IMG/VR virus record: IMGVR_UViG_3300009702_000007
Location: 1-41,110 of that record
Origin: a virus
Direction: 5' to 3' (one strand)
DNA: 41,110 nt
The notes under the pieces were generated by a model. The model saw only the letters and a list, made by a program, of their open reading frames with translations, was not told the DNA's origin and searched no databases. Position numbers and translations under genes: made by a program. Below are positions 7,058 to 14,356 of this stretch, piece by piece; the stretch's first letter is position 1, and the number at the start of each line of letters is the position of its first letter.

Positions 7058-8713
7058 CTACTTCCTCCGCTTCGTCGTCTTCTTTGCCTTCCTGGGGGAC
7101 GTCTTCTTTGCGGCCGCTTTCTTCTTGGTCGCCTTTGCCGCTTTCTTCTTCGCGGCTTTCTTCGGCTGGGCCTTGGCTTTGGCTTTGATCTCGGCCTTGA
7201 CCTTGCGCTCGATGACCGCAAGGTCGATGCCCCAGGCCTGCATCGCTTTACCGAAGGCCGGCGTGTGACCTGCGTAGTAACAGGCGTCGCGCAATGCGAG
7301 CTCGACGACCAAGCCACGCAGGGCTGCTCCGTCGAGCTGCTTGGACTTCTTTTTCGTTCGCAGCTGGCGCTCGAGGGCCTCGCGGTTCTTCAGTCCGCGG
7401 GCCTTCGCTGTCGCCGTGGCAGACAAGCCCGAGCATAGCAGTCGGGCGAGCGGCTCGAACACGGCAACGTCCTCGGCGTCCTCGGCCAGGGCGACGGCCG
7501 CGGCGATCGCGCGCTCGGTGGTCTCGGTCTTGATCTTCTCGAGCGTCCGCCGGCGCTTGGCGGCTGCCTTGTCAGAGGCGCTGGGCTTGTACGACGACGG
7601 CGACGATACACTGGCCTTGGTGGCCGCCGCCTTGGTGATCAGTCCGGCCGCCTTGAGCGCCTTGGTCACATCCTTGCGGGCGTACAGGTCGAACACCGTG
7701 CCGGCTTTGGAGCGGCCGATGTAGCGCTGCGGCGGGTCGGCCTTGAGCGCGGTTTTGAGCTGGGCCTTGCTCTTGCCGCCGGCGACGTCGCCAACGGTGG
7801 CAGACGTTCGGACGTACGCGGCGCTCGCGTGCAGGTTGTCGCGGTAGCTGATGCACTTCTCGAGCTCGGCCTGCGTTAGCACCTTGACGCCGTCGGCCTT
7901 GGCCGCGGCCTTCTGGGCCTTCCACCACGTCTCGACCTTCGACTTGTAACAGACCGTGTCGAAGCACTGATCTTCCTTGTCCTCCAGGTCGTCGAACAGC
8001 TCGCGCTGATTCGCAGTCCGCTTGGGGCACGCGGTGCACGCGCCGGCTTTGGCGACCAGCCTGGCATCGTCGATCGCAAACGGCGCGTCGGCCAGGCGAG
8101 TGAGGCTGCGGTAGGTGGCGTCGTACAACGACCAGTTCTGCTCGACAAAGTCCCCCTCGTACCTGCTCGAGATATCGTCCTTCGCTGCCTTGAGCAGATC
8201 GCGCTGCACCTTGTGGTCGGGCATGCGCGCGATCAGTAGCGCCTGGTGGTGCTCGACCTCGCCGGCGAGATATGCCTTGCGTACGTCGGCCGCGAGACTG
8301 CAGAGCTTGAGGCGCCCGCGCACGTGCTTGCTGGGCTTGGCGAACTTGTCAACCAGGTCCTCGACGTCGTACCCGTGCTCGTCGATGAGCCGCTCGTAGG
8401 CGGCCGCCTCGTCCATCGGGTGCAGGTCCTTGCGCTGCAGGTTTTCCTCGAGGCGCTGCTCGTCGGCCTGCTTGTCGGTGAGTTCGCGGACGATGCACGG
8501 GACAACCTCGAGGCCGGCCTTGGCCGCGGCCCTATGGCGTCGGTGGCCGGCAACGATCTCGTGGTGGCCGTTGACGGCGCGAACAACGAGCGGCTGTATC
8601 ACGCCCTGCTCGGTGATCGAGGCGGCGAGCTCGGCGATGTCGTGGCTGCCGTGTTGGCGGTTTATCGTCGCGGCGACCAGGTCGGCGACGGGGAGGTGTT
8701 TGAGGGTGTCCAT
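7058..8713 (-). CDS. ParB N-terminal-domain protein with a central Cys cluster and a Lys/Ala-rich histone-H1-like C-terminal tail
   Basis: GVIQPLVVR...EIVAGHRRHRAAAKAG is a ParB box with its arginine patch. CTACP...CFDTVC cluster. The last ~50 aa read KAEIKAKAKAQPKKAAKKKAAKATKKKAAAKKTSPRKAKKTTKRRK. Confidence 0.8.
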   Translation of the reverse strand: MDTLKHLPVADLVAATINRQHGSHDIAELAASITEQGVIQPLVVRAVNGHHEIVAGHRRHRAAAKAGLEVVPCIVRELTDKQADEQRLEENLQRKDLHPMDEAAAYERLIDEHGYDVEDLVDKFAKPSKHVRGRLKLCSLAADVRKAYLAGEVEHHQALLIARMPDHKVQRDLLKAAKDDISSRYEGDFVEQNWSLYDATYRSLTRLADAPFAIDDARLVAKAGACTACPKRTANQRELFDDLEDKEDQCFDTVCYKSKVETWWKAQKAAAKADGVKVLTQAELEKCISYRDNLHASAAYVRTSATVGDVAGGKSKAQLKTALKADPPQRYIGRSKAGTVFDLYARKDVTKALKAAGLITKAAATKASVSSPSSYKPSASDKAAAKRRRTLEKIKTETTERAIAAAVALAEDAEDVAVFEPLARLLCSGLSATATAKARGLKNREALERQLRTKKKSKQLDGAALRGLVVELALRDACYYAGHTPAFGKAMQAWGIDLAVIERKVKAEIKAKAKAQPKKAAKKKAAKATKKKAAAKKTSPRKAKKTTKRRK

Positions 8714-8723
8714 GTTCGCTCCT

Positions 8724-9095
8724 TTAGTCGTTGAGGTAGGCGTCGTCGTCGGCGAATTCGTGGCCGTCCATGTCGACGTCGATAGGCTCGCTCTGTCCAG
8801 TCGGCGCCGCCGGTAGCCGCAGGTCCCATGCCGTCACCGGCGCCGGCTTGCGTCGATACGCCAGGCGCGTCGCCACAGCCTCGGTCGTTGGCGTGAGTGC
8901 GTACATGGCCTCGGGCGAGTAGTACTGCGTTGCGTGCGTGCCGACCGCCTCACCCTGGTCGTTGACGTCCGGTACGTCGATACGGATCATCGCGCGTCCA
9001 AAGAGTTCCTCGTGAGTCACGCGGCCGCCGAGCACGCGGTGACCCATGAGCTCAAGGATGGCCCAGCCATCGAAGGTTAATTTCTTGGTTTCCAA
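8724..9095 (-). CDS. Conserved hypothetical early protein
   Basis: TTG start at 9095 is preceded by AAGGA-6 nt. The N-terminal 56 aa of track ORF 8724..9263 are Arg/Gly/Cys-rich and overlap the upstream gene. The core GWAILELMGHRVLGGRVTHEELFGRAMIRIDVP looks like genuine protein. Confidence 0.65.
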   Translation of the reverse strand: METKKLTFDGWAILELMGHRVLGGRVTHEELFGRAMIRIDVPDVNDQGEAVGTHATQYYSPEAMYALTPTTEAVATRLAYRRKPAPVTAWDLRLPAAPTGQSEPIDVDMDGHEFADDDAYLND

Positions 9096-9525
9096 CTGCG
9101 GTCCTTTCAGCGCTCGAGAAAGAGCACGGGCAGCGCGACGACCTGGCCGCGCTGCGGGTAGTCGATGAGCCCGGTAGCCGCGCTCGCGCCCGCAGCCGGC
9201 GGCGGTGCGCTCTGAGGTTGGCCTGGCCGTAGTGCTGCTCGGCCCACGCCGGCAGCAACCCATCGCGACGCATGAGCGACAGCGTGAGCACCATCGCGCC
9301 GAGCTCGGCCTGGGGCCGCGTCATGCCGCGCTCGTACTCGCCGATGGCGGCGCGCTCTTCGAAGTGCTCGCGCAACTCGGTAGACCGCGCGCGCGACAGC
9401 GCCCAGGGCGGTGGCAAATGCGCCCATGGCCGCGCGGCGAGCTCGGCGAGGATTCGCTGCCGGCCCGGCGCTGCGACGAGCTGCGCGGCGATGACGGCGT
9501 TGGCGAGGGCGGTCCATAGGTGCAC
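9052..9525 (-). CDS. Hypothetical early protein, probably frameshifted near its 3' end
   Basis: The N-terminal two thirds look natural (REHFEERAAIGEYERGMTRPQAELGAMVL...). After ...EQHYGQANL the frame becomes Arg/Ser/Cys-rich. The -1 frame there reads ...ATGLIDYPQRGQVVALPVLFLER and stops at 9107. Confidence 0.6.
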   Translation of the reverse strand: MHLWTALANAVIAAQLVAAPGRQRILAELAARPWAHLPPPWALSRARSTELREHFEERAAIGEYERGMTRPQAELGAMVLTLSLMRRDGLLPAWAEQHYGQANLRAHRRRLRARARLPGSSTTRSAARSSRCPCSFSSAERTAVGNQEINLRWLGHP

Positions 9526-9569
9526 CTACCAGTTTTCCATCTCGCGATCGAATTGGTCACCCAGCGACA

Positions 9570-10745
9570 TCACCCGACCTCGCACGGCTCGCACTTGGTG
9601 CCGCTCTCGATCGGCACGCCGCAGCCCTCGCACACGAGCTCGTCGTCGTCGAACCCCGGGGGCACGTCGGCTGCCGTCGCTGGCTCGGTCTTCTTGGCCG
9701 TCCTCTTCCTAGCCTTCGACTTGGACGTCTTCCTCGGCTTGGCCGCCGCCTCGCGCTTGGCCGCCTCGCGCTTGGATTGCGTCGCGGCGATGCGCTCGGA
9801 CTGCTTGGTTGGGCGCGGCTCGGCGGGGCTCTCGCCGCGCTGGACCAGGCGATGCTCGAGCACGTCGGCCCACGTGGCCTCGCCGTCGGTGATGCCCTGC
9901 CACACGCCGCGGAGCTCGTCGAGCTGCGCGGGCGATGCCTGGCCCAAGTCGGCGCCGAGATAGCGCTTGAGGTCGCTCGGCTTGACGCCGAGCCCGGCGA
10001 ACGCGTCGGCGATCACCTTGCGTGCCGCGGCCGGGTCGGCGGCCGTCGCGCTCGCACGCGTCGCCGCGAGCCGGGCCTTGGCGTCCATCTGCAGCCACCC
10101 TGGGATCATCCGTAACCCGAGCCGCCGGATCGTCTTGGACTGCATCGCGCCGATGCGGTCGGCGATTTCGTCCTCGCCGGCAGCGCGGTACTCGTACACC
10201 ATGTCGCCGTAGCTGTTTGGTCGCTGGGCGACGAGCTCGCGTCCGCGGATCAGCTTGCGGCGCTGCACGGTCTTGGGGACGATAAAGCACTCGGACAGGC
10301 ACATGTTGGCCTCGAGGTCGGTCAGCGTGACCTCGTAGATGCGCCGATCCTCGTCGTCAAAGATCGGCACCACGCGGCTTGTCACGTTGCCCATCATGAC
10401 CAGCACGGCCTCGACGAATCGAATCGACAGCCCTTCGATGCCCACGCCGACGGGCTTGCGGTACGTGGCGCCGCCGGGGTTCGGGTTCTTGGCGTCGCCG
10501 ATGCGCGCGAATTCGGGGTGCCTGCAAAAGTCGAGCACGCGCACGCGGACGTCGTCCCAGTCGCGCGGCCGCTGCAGCGCCATAATCGTATGTGCCTTGA
10601 CCAGGGCCTCGGCGGTGGCGGCTGCAGCGGTCGAGGCGGTCTCGGCTTGGCGCGTGAGCTGCTGTGCGCCGAATTCCTGGCGCTGGGTGACGCCGGCGGC
10701 GGCCGCATGGCGTACGGTGAGGGCATCTGTCTTGGTCGTGGGCAT
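9570..10745 (-). CDS. Conserved early protein, candidate recombination partner of the exonuclease, with a basic region and C-terminal CxxC..CxxC zinc ribbon
   Basis: ATG at 10745 overlaps the upstream TGA (TGATG). The first 28 aa in the track look spurious. C-terminus KPRKTSKSKARKRTAKK...CEGCGVPIESGTKCEPC. Function not recognised with certainty. Confidence 0.7.
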   Translation of the reverse strand: MPTTKTDALTVRHAAAAGVTQRQEFGAQQLTRQAETASTAAAATAEALVKAHTIMALQRPRDWDDVRVRVLDFCRHPEFARIGDAKNPNPGGATYRKPVGVGIEGLSIRFVEAVLVMMGNVTSRVVPIFDDEDRRIYEVTLTDLEANMCLSECFIVPKTVQRRKLIRGRELVAQRPNSYGDMVYEYRAAGEDEIADRIGAMQSKTIRRLGLRMIPGWLQMDAKARLAATRASATAADPAAARKVIADAFAGLGVKPSDLKRYLGADLGQASPAQLDELRGVWQGITDGEATWADVLEHRLVQRGESPAEPRPTKQSERIAATQSKREAAKREAAAKPRKTSKSKARKRTAKKTEPATAADVPPGFDDDELVCEGCGVPIESGTKCEPCEVG

Positions 10746-11080
10746 CAGTGCACCCCCGGCGTCACGATGCGCGGCCGCGCTGCGTTCTGCTCGGCGCTCG
10801 CGACGGCTTCCATGTACGCTCGCGCCCACGCCGGTTGCACGGTCTGCATCATGCGCAACAGGCTGGCGCGCAGCCCATCGAGCACAGCGCGCTGCTCGCC
10901 CAACTGCTGGAGGACGGGGACGGTGCGCGCGTACGTGGCGACGTCGTTCTTGGCGAGGGCGCCGAACTGCTGCCGTTCGAGCTCGAGCTGCTCGGTCATC
11001 GCTGCCAGGATGAGACGCTTGGTATCGACCAACAGGGCGAAGTACGGCTGCGCCTCGGGGAGAATTGTCGGGTTGCTCAT
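10745..11080 (-). CDS. Hypothetical early protein
   Basis: ATG preceded by AGGAG-4 nt. Natural composition (111 aa). Confidence 0.7.
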   Translation of the reverse strand: MSNPTILPEAQPYFALLVDTKRLILAAMTEQLELERQQFGALAKNDVATYARTVPVLQQLGEQRAVLDGLRASLLRMMQTVQPAWARAYMEAVASAEQNAARPRIVTPGVH

Positions 11081-11087
11081 TGCGCTC

Positions 11088-11486
11088 CTATTGGTGGTCG
11101 CGCATCCACTGGCCGTGAATGCGGTCGTAGTCGGCCTGTGATAGGTCGTAGGCCTGCATGATGATTTTTGCCGGCGTGTTGGCGGTGATGGCCTGATAGA
11201 CCCCGACGATCGCCGGCTTGCCGTCGGGCTTCTGTGCGGCCGCGGCGATGCGGATGCGGTCTCGGCGGCTTGGCGCCGGCTCGGTCGGCGCCTTCTTCGC
11301 CAGCGCCTCGCCGCGCTTCAGACAGCTGGACAGCGACGACGCCGCGAGCTCAACCGTGTAGTCGGCAACGTCATCCCACGCAGTAGACTCGTTGGCCTGC
11401 AGCCGGCGCGCCATGGTCGTCGCGCGCTCGGCCAGCTGGTCGTAGCGTCGAGCAACGACGGCGAGCAGTTCGGGTGCGACGCTCAT
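11088..11486 (-). CDS. Hypothetical early protein
   Basis: ATG at 11486 overlaps the upstream TGA (ATGA). The first 61 aa in the track overlap the previous gene and look spurious. Confidence 0.65.
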   Translation of the reverse strand: MSVAPELLAVVARRYDQLAERATTMARRLQANESTAWDDVADYTVELAASSLSSCLKRGEALAKKAPTEPAPSRRDRIRIAAAAQKPDGKPAIVGVYQAITANTPAKIIMQAYDLSQADYDRIHGQWMRDHQ

Positions 11487-11731
11487 CGCAGATCCTCGCG
11501 CACCCAATCGGCGAACGACTTGCCATCGGGGCAGCGTGCGCGGATAAAACGCGTCTCGTGGTACAGCGCTGCGCCATCTTTCCAGCGCCTCGCACAGCAC
11601 GGACCGATCGCCTTGCTCTGAAACAGCAGCCCGCCGCTCTCGTCGCTGTCGGTAAAATCCTTCGAGCAATCATCGCAGAGCACGACGTTGCCCGGCTTGA
11701 TGACGATACGCTCGATCACTTCGACCCCCAC
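11483..11731 (-). CDS. Small Cys-containing protein (possible zinc-binding)
   Basis: 82 aa. CDDC...CC...C pattern. Alternative GTG start at 11719 forms a GTGA overlap with the exonuclease stop. Confidence 0.6.
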   Translation of the reverse strand: MGVEVIERIVIKPGNVVLCDDCSKDFTDSDESGGLLFQSKAIGPCCARRWKDGAALYHETRFIRARCPDGKSFADWVREDLR

Positions 11732-12447
11732 GCCTTCGGCCGGTTGAATCGTCGGTAACCTTCGCCGCGATGCTGCTCGGCCAGGGCGGCGAGCTCGGCC
11801 TTGTCAACGCCGGCGCGCGCGGCGAGCTCGGCAACGACTGGTTTCCAGCTCACGCGACCAGCGACTGGTTTCCAGCTCACGCGTCCGTCGGCGAATTGAA
11901 TCCCGGCCGCGTCGCCGATGTGCGTGCACAGCTGATTCTTGAGCAGCGCCTCGCGCTCGGCGATCGCCACCTTGTCAGCGAGCACCTGGCGCAGCGCGTC
12001 GGCAAGCTCGAGCGTCTCTGCCGTCGACGCCAGGTACACGTCGCGTTTGAATTCGTGCTTGCGCGCGAGGTACTCGGTGTACGCCGTCGAGCCGTCGATG
12101 TCGGGCGGCTCGCGCTTTTCGACATACTCGTGCCAGAAAAACTCGACCGCCGGCACGAGTACGCGCTCGAAATGCAGGTCGCGCTCGAGCGTGTATTCGC
12201 GATAGTCGTAGCCGCCGATCAGCGCCGCGAGATCCCATCTGCCCAGGTCGTAGCCCCACATGTACCAGGCGCATTGGATGCGATACTCCTGGGGCACCTC
12301 GTCGCTGCCGTCGTCGCCCCAGCGGTGCGCCGAGTGGTGGCCGACCGTCTTGATCTCCACGCCGTGGCTGCCCGGCACGATGCCGTCTGGCGTCATGCGC
12401 GCCCATGGATGCTCGGGGTGGTAGTCGGGCTGCGACGACCACAGCAC
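11716..12447 (-). CDS. YqaJ/lambda-Exo-type PD-(D/E)xK exonuclease, part downstream of an in-frame TAG
   Basis: RMTPDGIV, VEIKT and PQEYRIQCAWYMW motifs. The same reading frame stays open and coding-like from 12558 (GELVGELPPFEGNERTKWGKLLEDPIR...). The first canonical restart is GTG 12447. Confidence 0.8.
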   Translation of the reverse strand: MLWSSQPDYHPEHPWARMTPDGIVPGSHGVEIKTVGHHSAHRWGDDGSDEVPQEYRIQCAWYMWGYDLGRWDLAALIGGYDYREYTLERDLHFERVLVPAVEFFWHEYVEKREPPDIDGSTAYTEYLARKHEFKRDVYLASTAETLELADALRQVLADKVAIAEREALLKNQLCTHIGDAAGIQFADGRVSWKPVAGRVSWKPVVAELAARAGVDKAELAALAEQHRGEGYRRFNRPKAWGSK

Positions 12448-12558
12448 CTTGACGTCGTTGCGCTGGGCGTACTCGCAGCGAATCGGATCCTCGAGCAGCT
12501 TGCCCCACTTGGTGCGCTCGTTGCCTTCGAAGGGCGGCAGCTCGCCGACGAGCTCGCC

Positions 12559-12855
12559 CTACACCTGGATTGGCGGGCAGTACGGGTGGTCGCCGACCGC
12601 GGCCGCGGCTTGGCTGCCACCGATGCCGCGCCATTCGATCTCGGGCTCGGGCGCCGCCAGCAGTTCGCAGTCCTCGAGCAGCACCCGGAGCGAGCGCTTG
12701 GAGCGGCGCCCGTTGGGCAGTAGCACCTGGACCTTGCCGGCGGCGTAGTCGACGCCCAGGACCTCGACCGCGGCGCTCTCGACGGGCCGACCGTGCCGGG
12801 CCAGCTGTCTGGCCTGCTTGCGGTGCAGGTAACGCTGTCCGACGGCGAGCGTCAC
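12559..12855 (-). CDS. N-terminal fragment of the same exonuclease (small N-terminal domain plus the YqaJ entry motif), ending at an in-frame TAG
   Basis: GTGA overlap with the upstream RHH gene. EIEWRGIGGSQAAAAVGDHPY resembles the YqaJ N-terminal motif. The TAG at 12559-12561 is in frame with 11716..12558. Confidence 0.75.
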   Translation of the reverse strand: MTLAVGQRYLHRKQARQLARHGRPVESAAVEVLGVDYAAGKVQVLLPNGRRSKRSLRVLLEDCELLAAPEPEIEWRGIGGSQAAAAVGDHPYCPPIQV

Positions 12856-13190
12856 TGCTTGACCTCGGGCGCGACCTGGTCGAGGTGCGCGTCGATCAGC
12901 TGCGCGAGCGTCGCGCTTAGCTGCACGCCCTGGCGCTTGCAGTGCACGCGAAAGCGGTCGTATGTTTCACGTGGCACATAGATGCTGCGCCGCGTTTGGT
13001 CGATTGATCTCACGCTGCCTCCCTCGTGGGCGCGCACGCGCTGCACAACCCGGGCTTGACCGTCGCGCTCCTCCTGCTGGATGCGCTCGCGCCGCTGCAC
13101 GAGCAAGCAGTAGCGCTGCTCGAGCGCGCGCAGCTTGTCGCGCAGGGCGCGCCGCTCGGCCGCGGTGTCGTAGGGGTCGGCGCCGGGCAT
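12852..13190 (-). CDS. Ribbon-helix-helix (CopG/Arc-type) DNA-binding protein with an N-terminal coiled coil
   Basis: C-terminal RRSIYVPRETYDRFRVHCKRQGVQLSATLAQLIDAHL fits a beta-strand plus two helices. The ATG follows the upstream TAG directly. Confidence 0.75.
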   Translation of the reverse strand: MPGADPYDTAAERRALRDKLRALEQRYCLLVQRRERIQQEERDGQARVVQRVRAHEGGSVRSIDQTRRSIYVPRETYDRFRVHCKRQGVQLSATLAQLIDAHLDQVAPEVKQ

Positions 13191-13586
13191 CTACTTGGCC
13201 CCCATGCGCTCGGCGTCAGACGTCTGGCGTCCGGCGTCGAGCATCGTCACCGTCTGCCGGTCGCGCTCCTGGGCCGCCTCGCAGTCCACGCACCGCGGCG
13301 GCGCCTCGGGGTGGTCGAGCTCCCAGCGCGCGCCGCACAGCTTGCACCGGATGGCGCGAACCTTGCCGGCGTCGCGCGCCTGGTCGCCGAGCTGCTCGTC
13401 GACGTACCAGCGCAGCTCGACCTCTAGGGCGCCGGCGCATAGCCGGAGCTGCTCGGCCATCGCGTACAGCCGCGTCATGATGTCGCGGGACTTGGTGCCC
13501 GCGGCGCGGCGCATCAGGTTATCGGCCTGCTCGCGCCATCGGGTTTGCAGGTTGGGGGCGGTCGGGTTGGGATTGGTGCGACTCAC
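13191..13586 (-). CDS. First gene of the leftward early operon, zinc-ribbon protein
   Basis: In-frame GTG at 13586 is the last triplet of the conserved 19-mer of the left promoter module. CKLCGARW...PPRCVDC. The track start (TTG 13616) lies inside the predicted promoter. Confidence 0.65.
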   Translation of the reverse strand: MSRTNPNPTAPNLQTRWREQADNLMRRAAGTKSRDIMTRLYAMAEQLRLCAGALEVELRWYVDEQLGDQARDAGKVRAIRCKLCGARWELDHPEAPPRCVDCEAAQERDRQTVTMLDAGRQTSDAERMGAK

Positions 13587-13648
13587 AAAGCAAACTTGTA
13601 CAGGGCGGGCCAGCAAGGGTCAATAGTAAGACAGGTTAAACTTGTAAG
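13584..13648 (-). promoter_or_regulatory. Leftward early promoter/operator module (PL-like)
   Basis: On the minus strand the order is CTTACAAGTTTAACCTGTC, 6 nt, TTGACC, 17 nt, TACAAG, 8 nt, GTG. It aligns without gaps to 14292-14356. Confidence 0.6.
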
Positions 13649-13776
13649 TTGCCACGGCGCCTCAACTCCCGCACGAGCACCTCGAGCAGCCGCAGCTGGC
13701 GCTCATAGTAATGCGGCCGAAGCCGGCGAAGTGCCCGACCGACGGCCGCCCATTTGTCCTTTTCGCTTTTCTCCAC
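13636..13776 (-). CDS. Possible 46-aa basic protein between the repressor gene and PL
   Basis: GTG..TAA ORF not in the track (under 60 aa): VEKSEKDKWAAVGRALRRLRPHYYERQLRLLEVLVRELRRRGNLQV. Natural-looking composition, moderate third-position GC. Alternative GTG at 13797. Confidence 0.35.
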   Translation of the reverse strand: MEKSEKDKWAAVGRALRRLRPHYYERQLRLLEVLVRELRRRGNLQV

Positions 13777-13852
13777 GCGAGGCGAATCAGCACACACCGT
13801 GCCGGGATCTGCCTGCGCTATCTGAAGTAGTTAGCGATGGGGGTCGGCCCGA

Positions 13853-13881
13853 GGGGTGTTCCAGGGGTGTTCCACGTTCCA
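13853..13881 (+). repeat. Tandem 11-bp repeats GGGGTGTTCCA x2 plus a partial copy
   Basis: Copies at 13853-13863 and 13864-13874, partial CGTTCCA at 13875-13881, and a related GGGTGTTC at 13905-13912. Located just 3' of the repressor gene. Confidence 0.7.
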
Positions 13882-13912
13882 GGCCAGAATGTCCACCCGC
13901 TCGAGGGTGTTC

Positions 13913-14278
13913 TCACTCGTCGAGTTCGAGGAGTTCGAGTTGGCGCAAGAATCGCTCGAGAGATTGAACACGCAGCCTGCGACCCGCCGCGAGCCAGCGC
14001 CGTTCAAGCGCGTCCGTGATTCCGGCGGCGGGCAACGGGATACCCAAAGCAGCGGCAATCGCAGGGACGAGCTTGCTTTGCTTCCCTGTACCCGTCTCAA
14101 GCCAGCTGATCGTCGCCTGGGTGGTGCCGAGCAGGTCGGCCAGGGCGGTCTGCGAAAGATCCCGCGCCTCGCGGGCTGTCTTCATCAGCTCGCGCCACTC
14201 TGCTGTCGTCGGGATCTCACCTTCGGTGTTCTCGATGAGCTGCCGGAGTTCGCGGCGCGTCAGCGTCACGGACTGCAT
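13913..14278 (-). CDS. XRE-family HTH repressor (CI-like), no S24 peptidase domain
   Basis: MKTAREARDLSQTALADLLGTTQATISWLETGTGKQS is a classical HTH_3. ATG at 14278. The 30 aa upstream in the track lie inside the operator region. Divergent from the Cro-like gene. Confidence 0.85.
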   Translation of the reverse strand: MQSVTLTRRELRQLIENTEGEIPTTAEWRELMKTAREARDLSQTALADLLGTTQATISWLETGTGKQSKLVPAIAAALGIPLPAAGITDALERRWLAAGRRLRVQSLERFLRQLELLELDE

Positions 14279-14291
14279 GGGAACATAGTCG

Positions 14292-14356
14292 CTTACGAGT
14301 TTCGTCTGTTTCGTGGTTGCAGAGTTTCCGGCAGATGTGTACAAGTTTGGTCTGTG
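14292..14356 (+). promoter_or_regulatory. Rightward early promoter/operator module (PR-like)
   Basis: The order is CTTACGAGTTTCGTCTGTT, 6 nt, TTGCAG, 17 nt, TACAAG, 8 nt, GTG. It is a mirror copy of 13584-13648. Confidence 0.6.

Noticed and set aside
13545-14353. Plus-strand ORFs 13545..13967 and the first 166 aa of 13856..14596.
   Set aside because: They are antisense to the repressor gene and cross the operator region. The translations are Arg/Pro/Ser-rich. Only the last 80 aa (from GTG 14354) form the XRE HTH domain.
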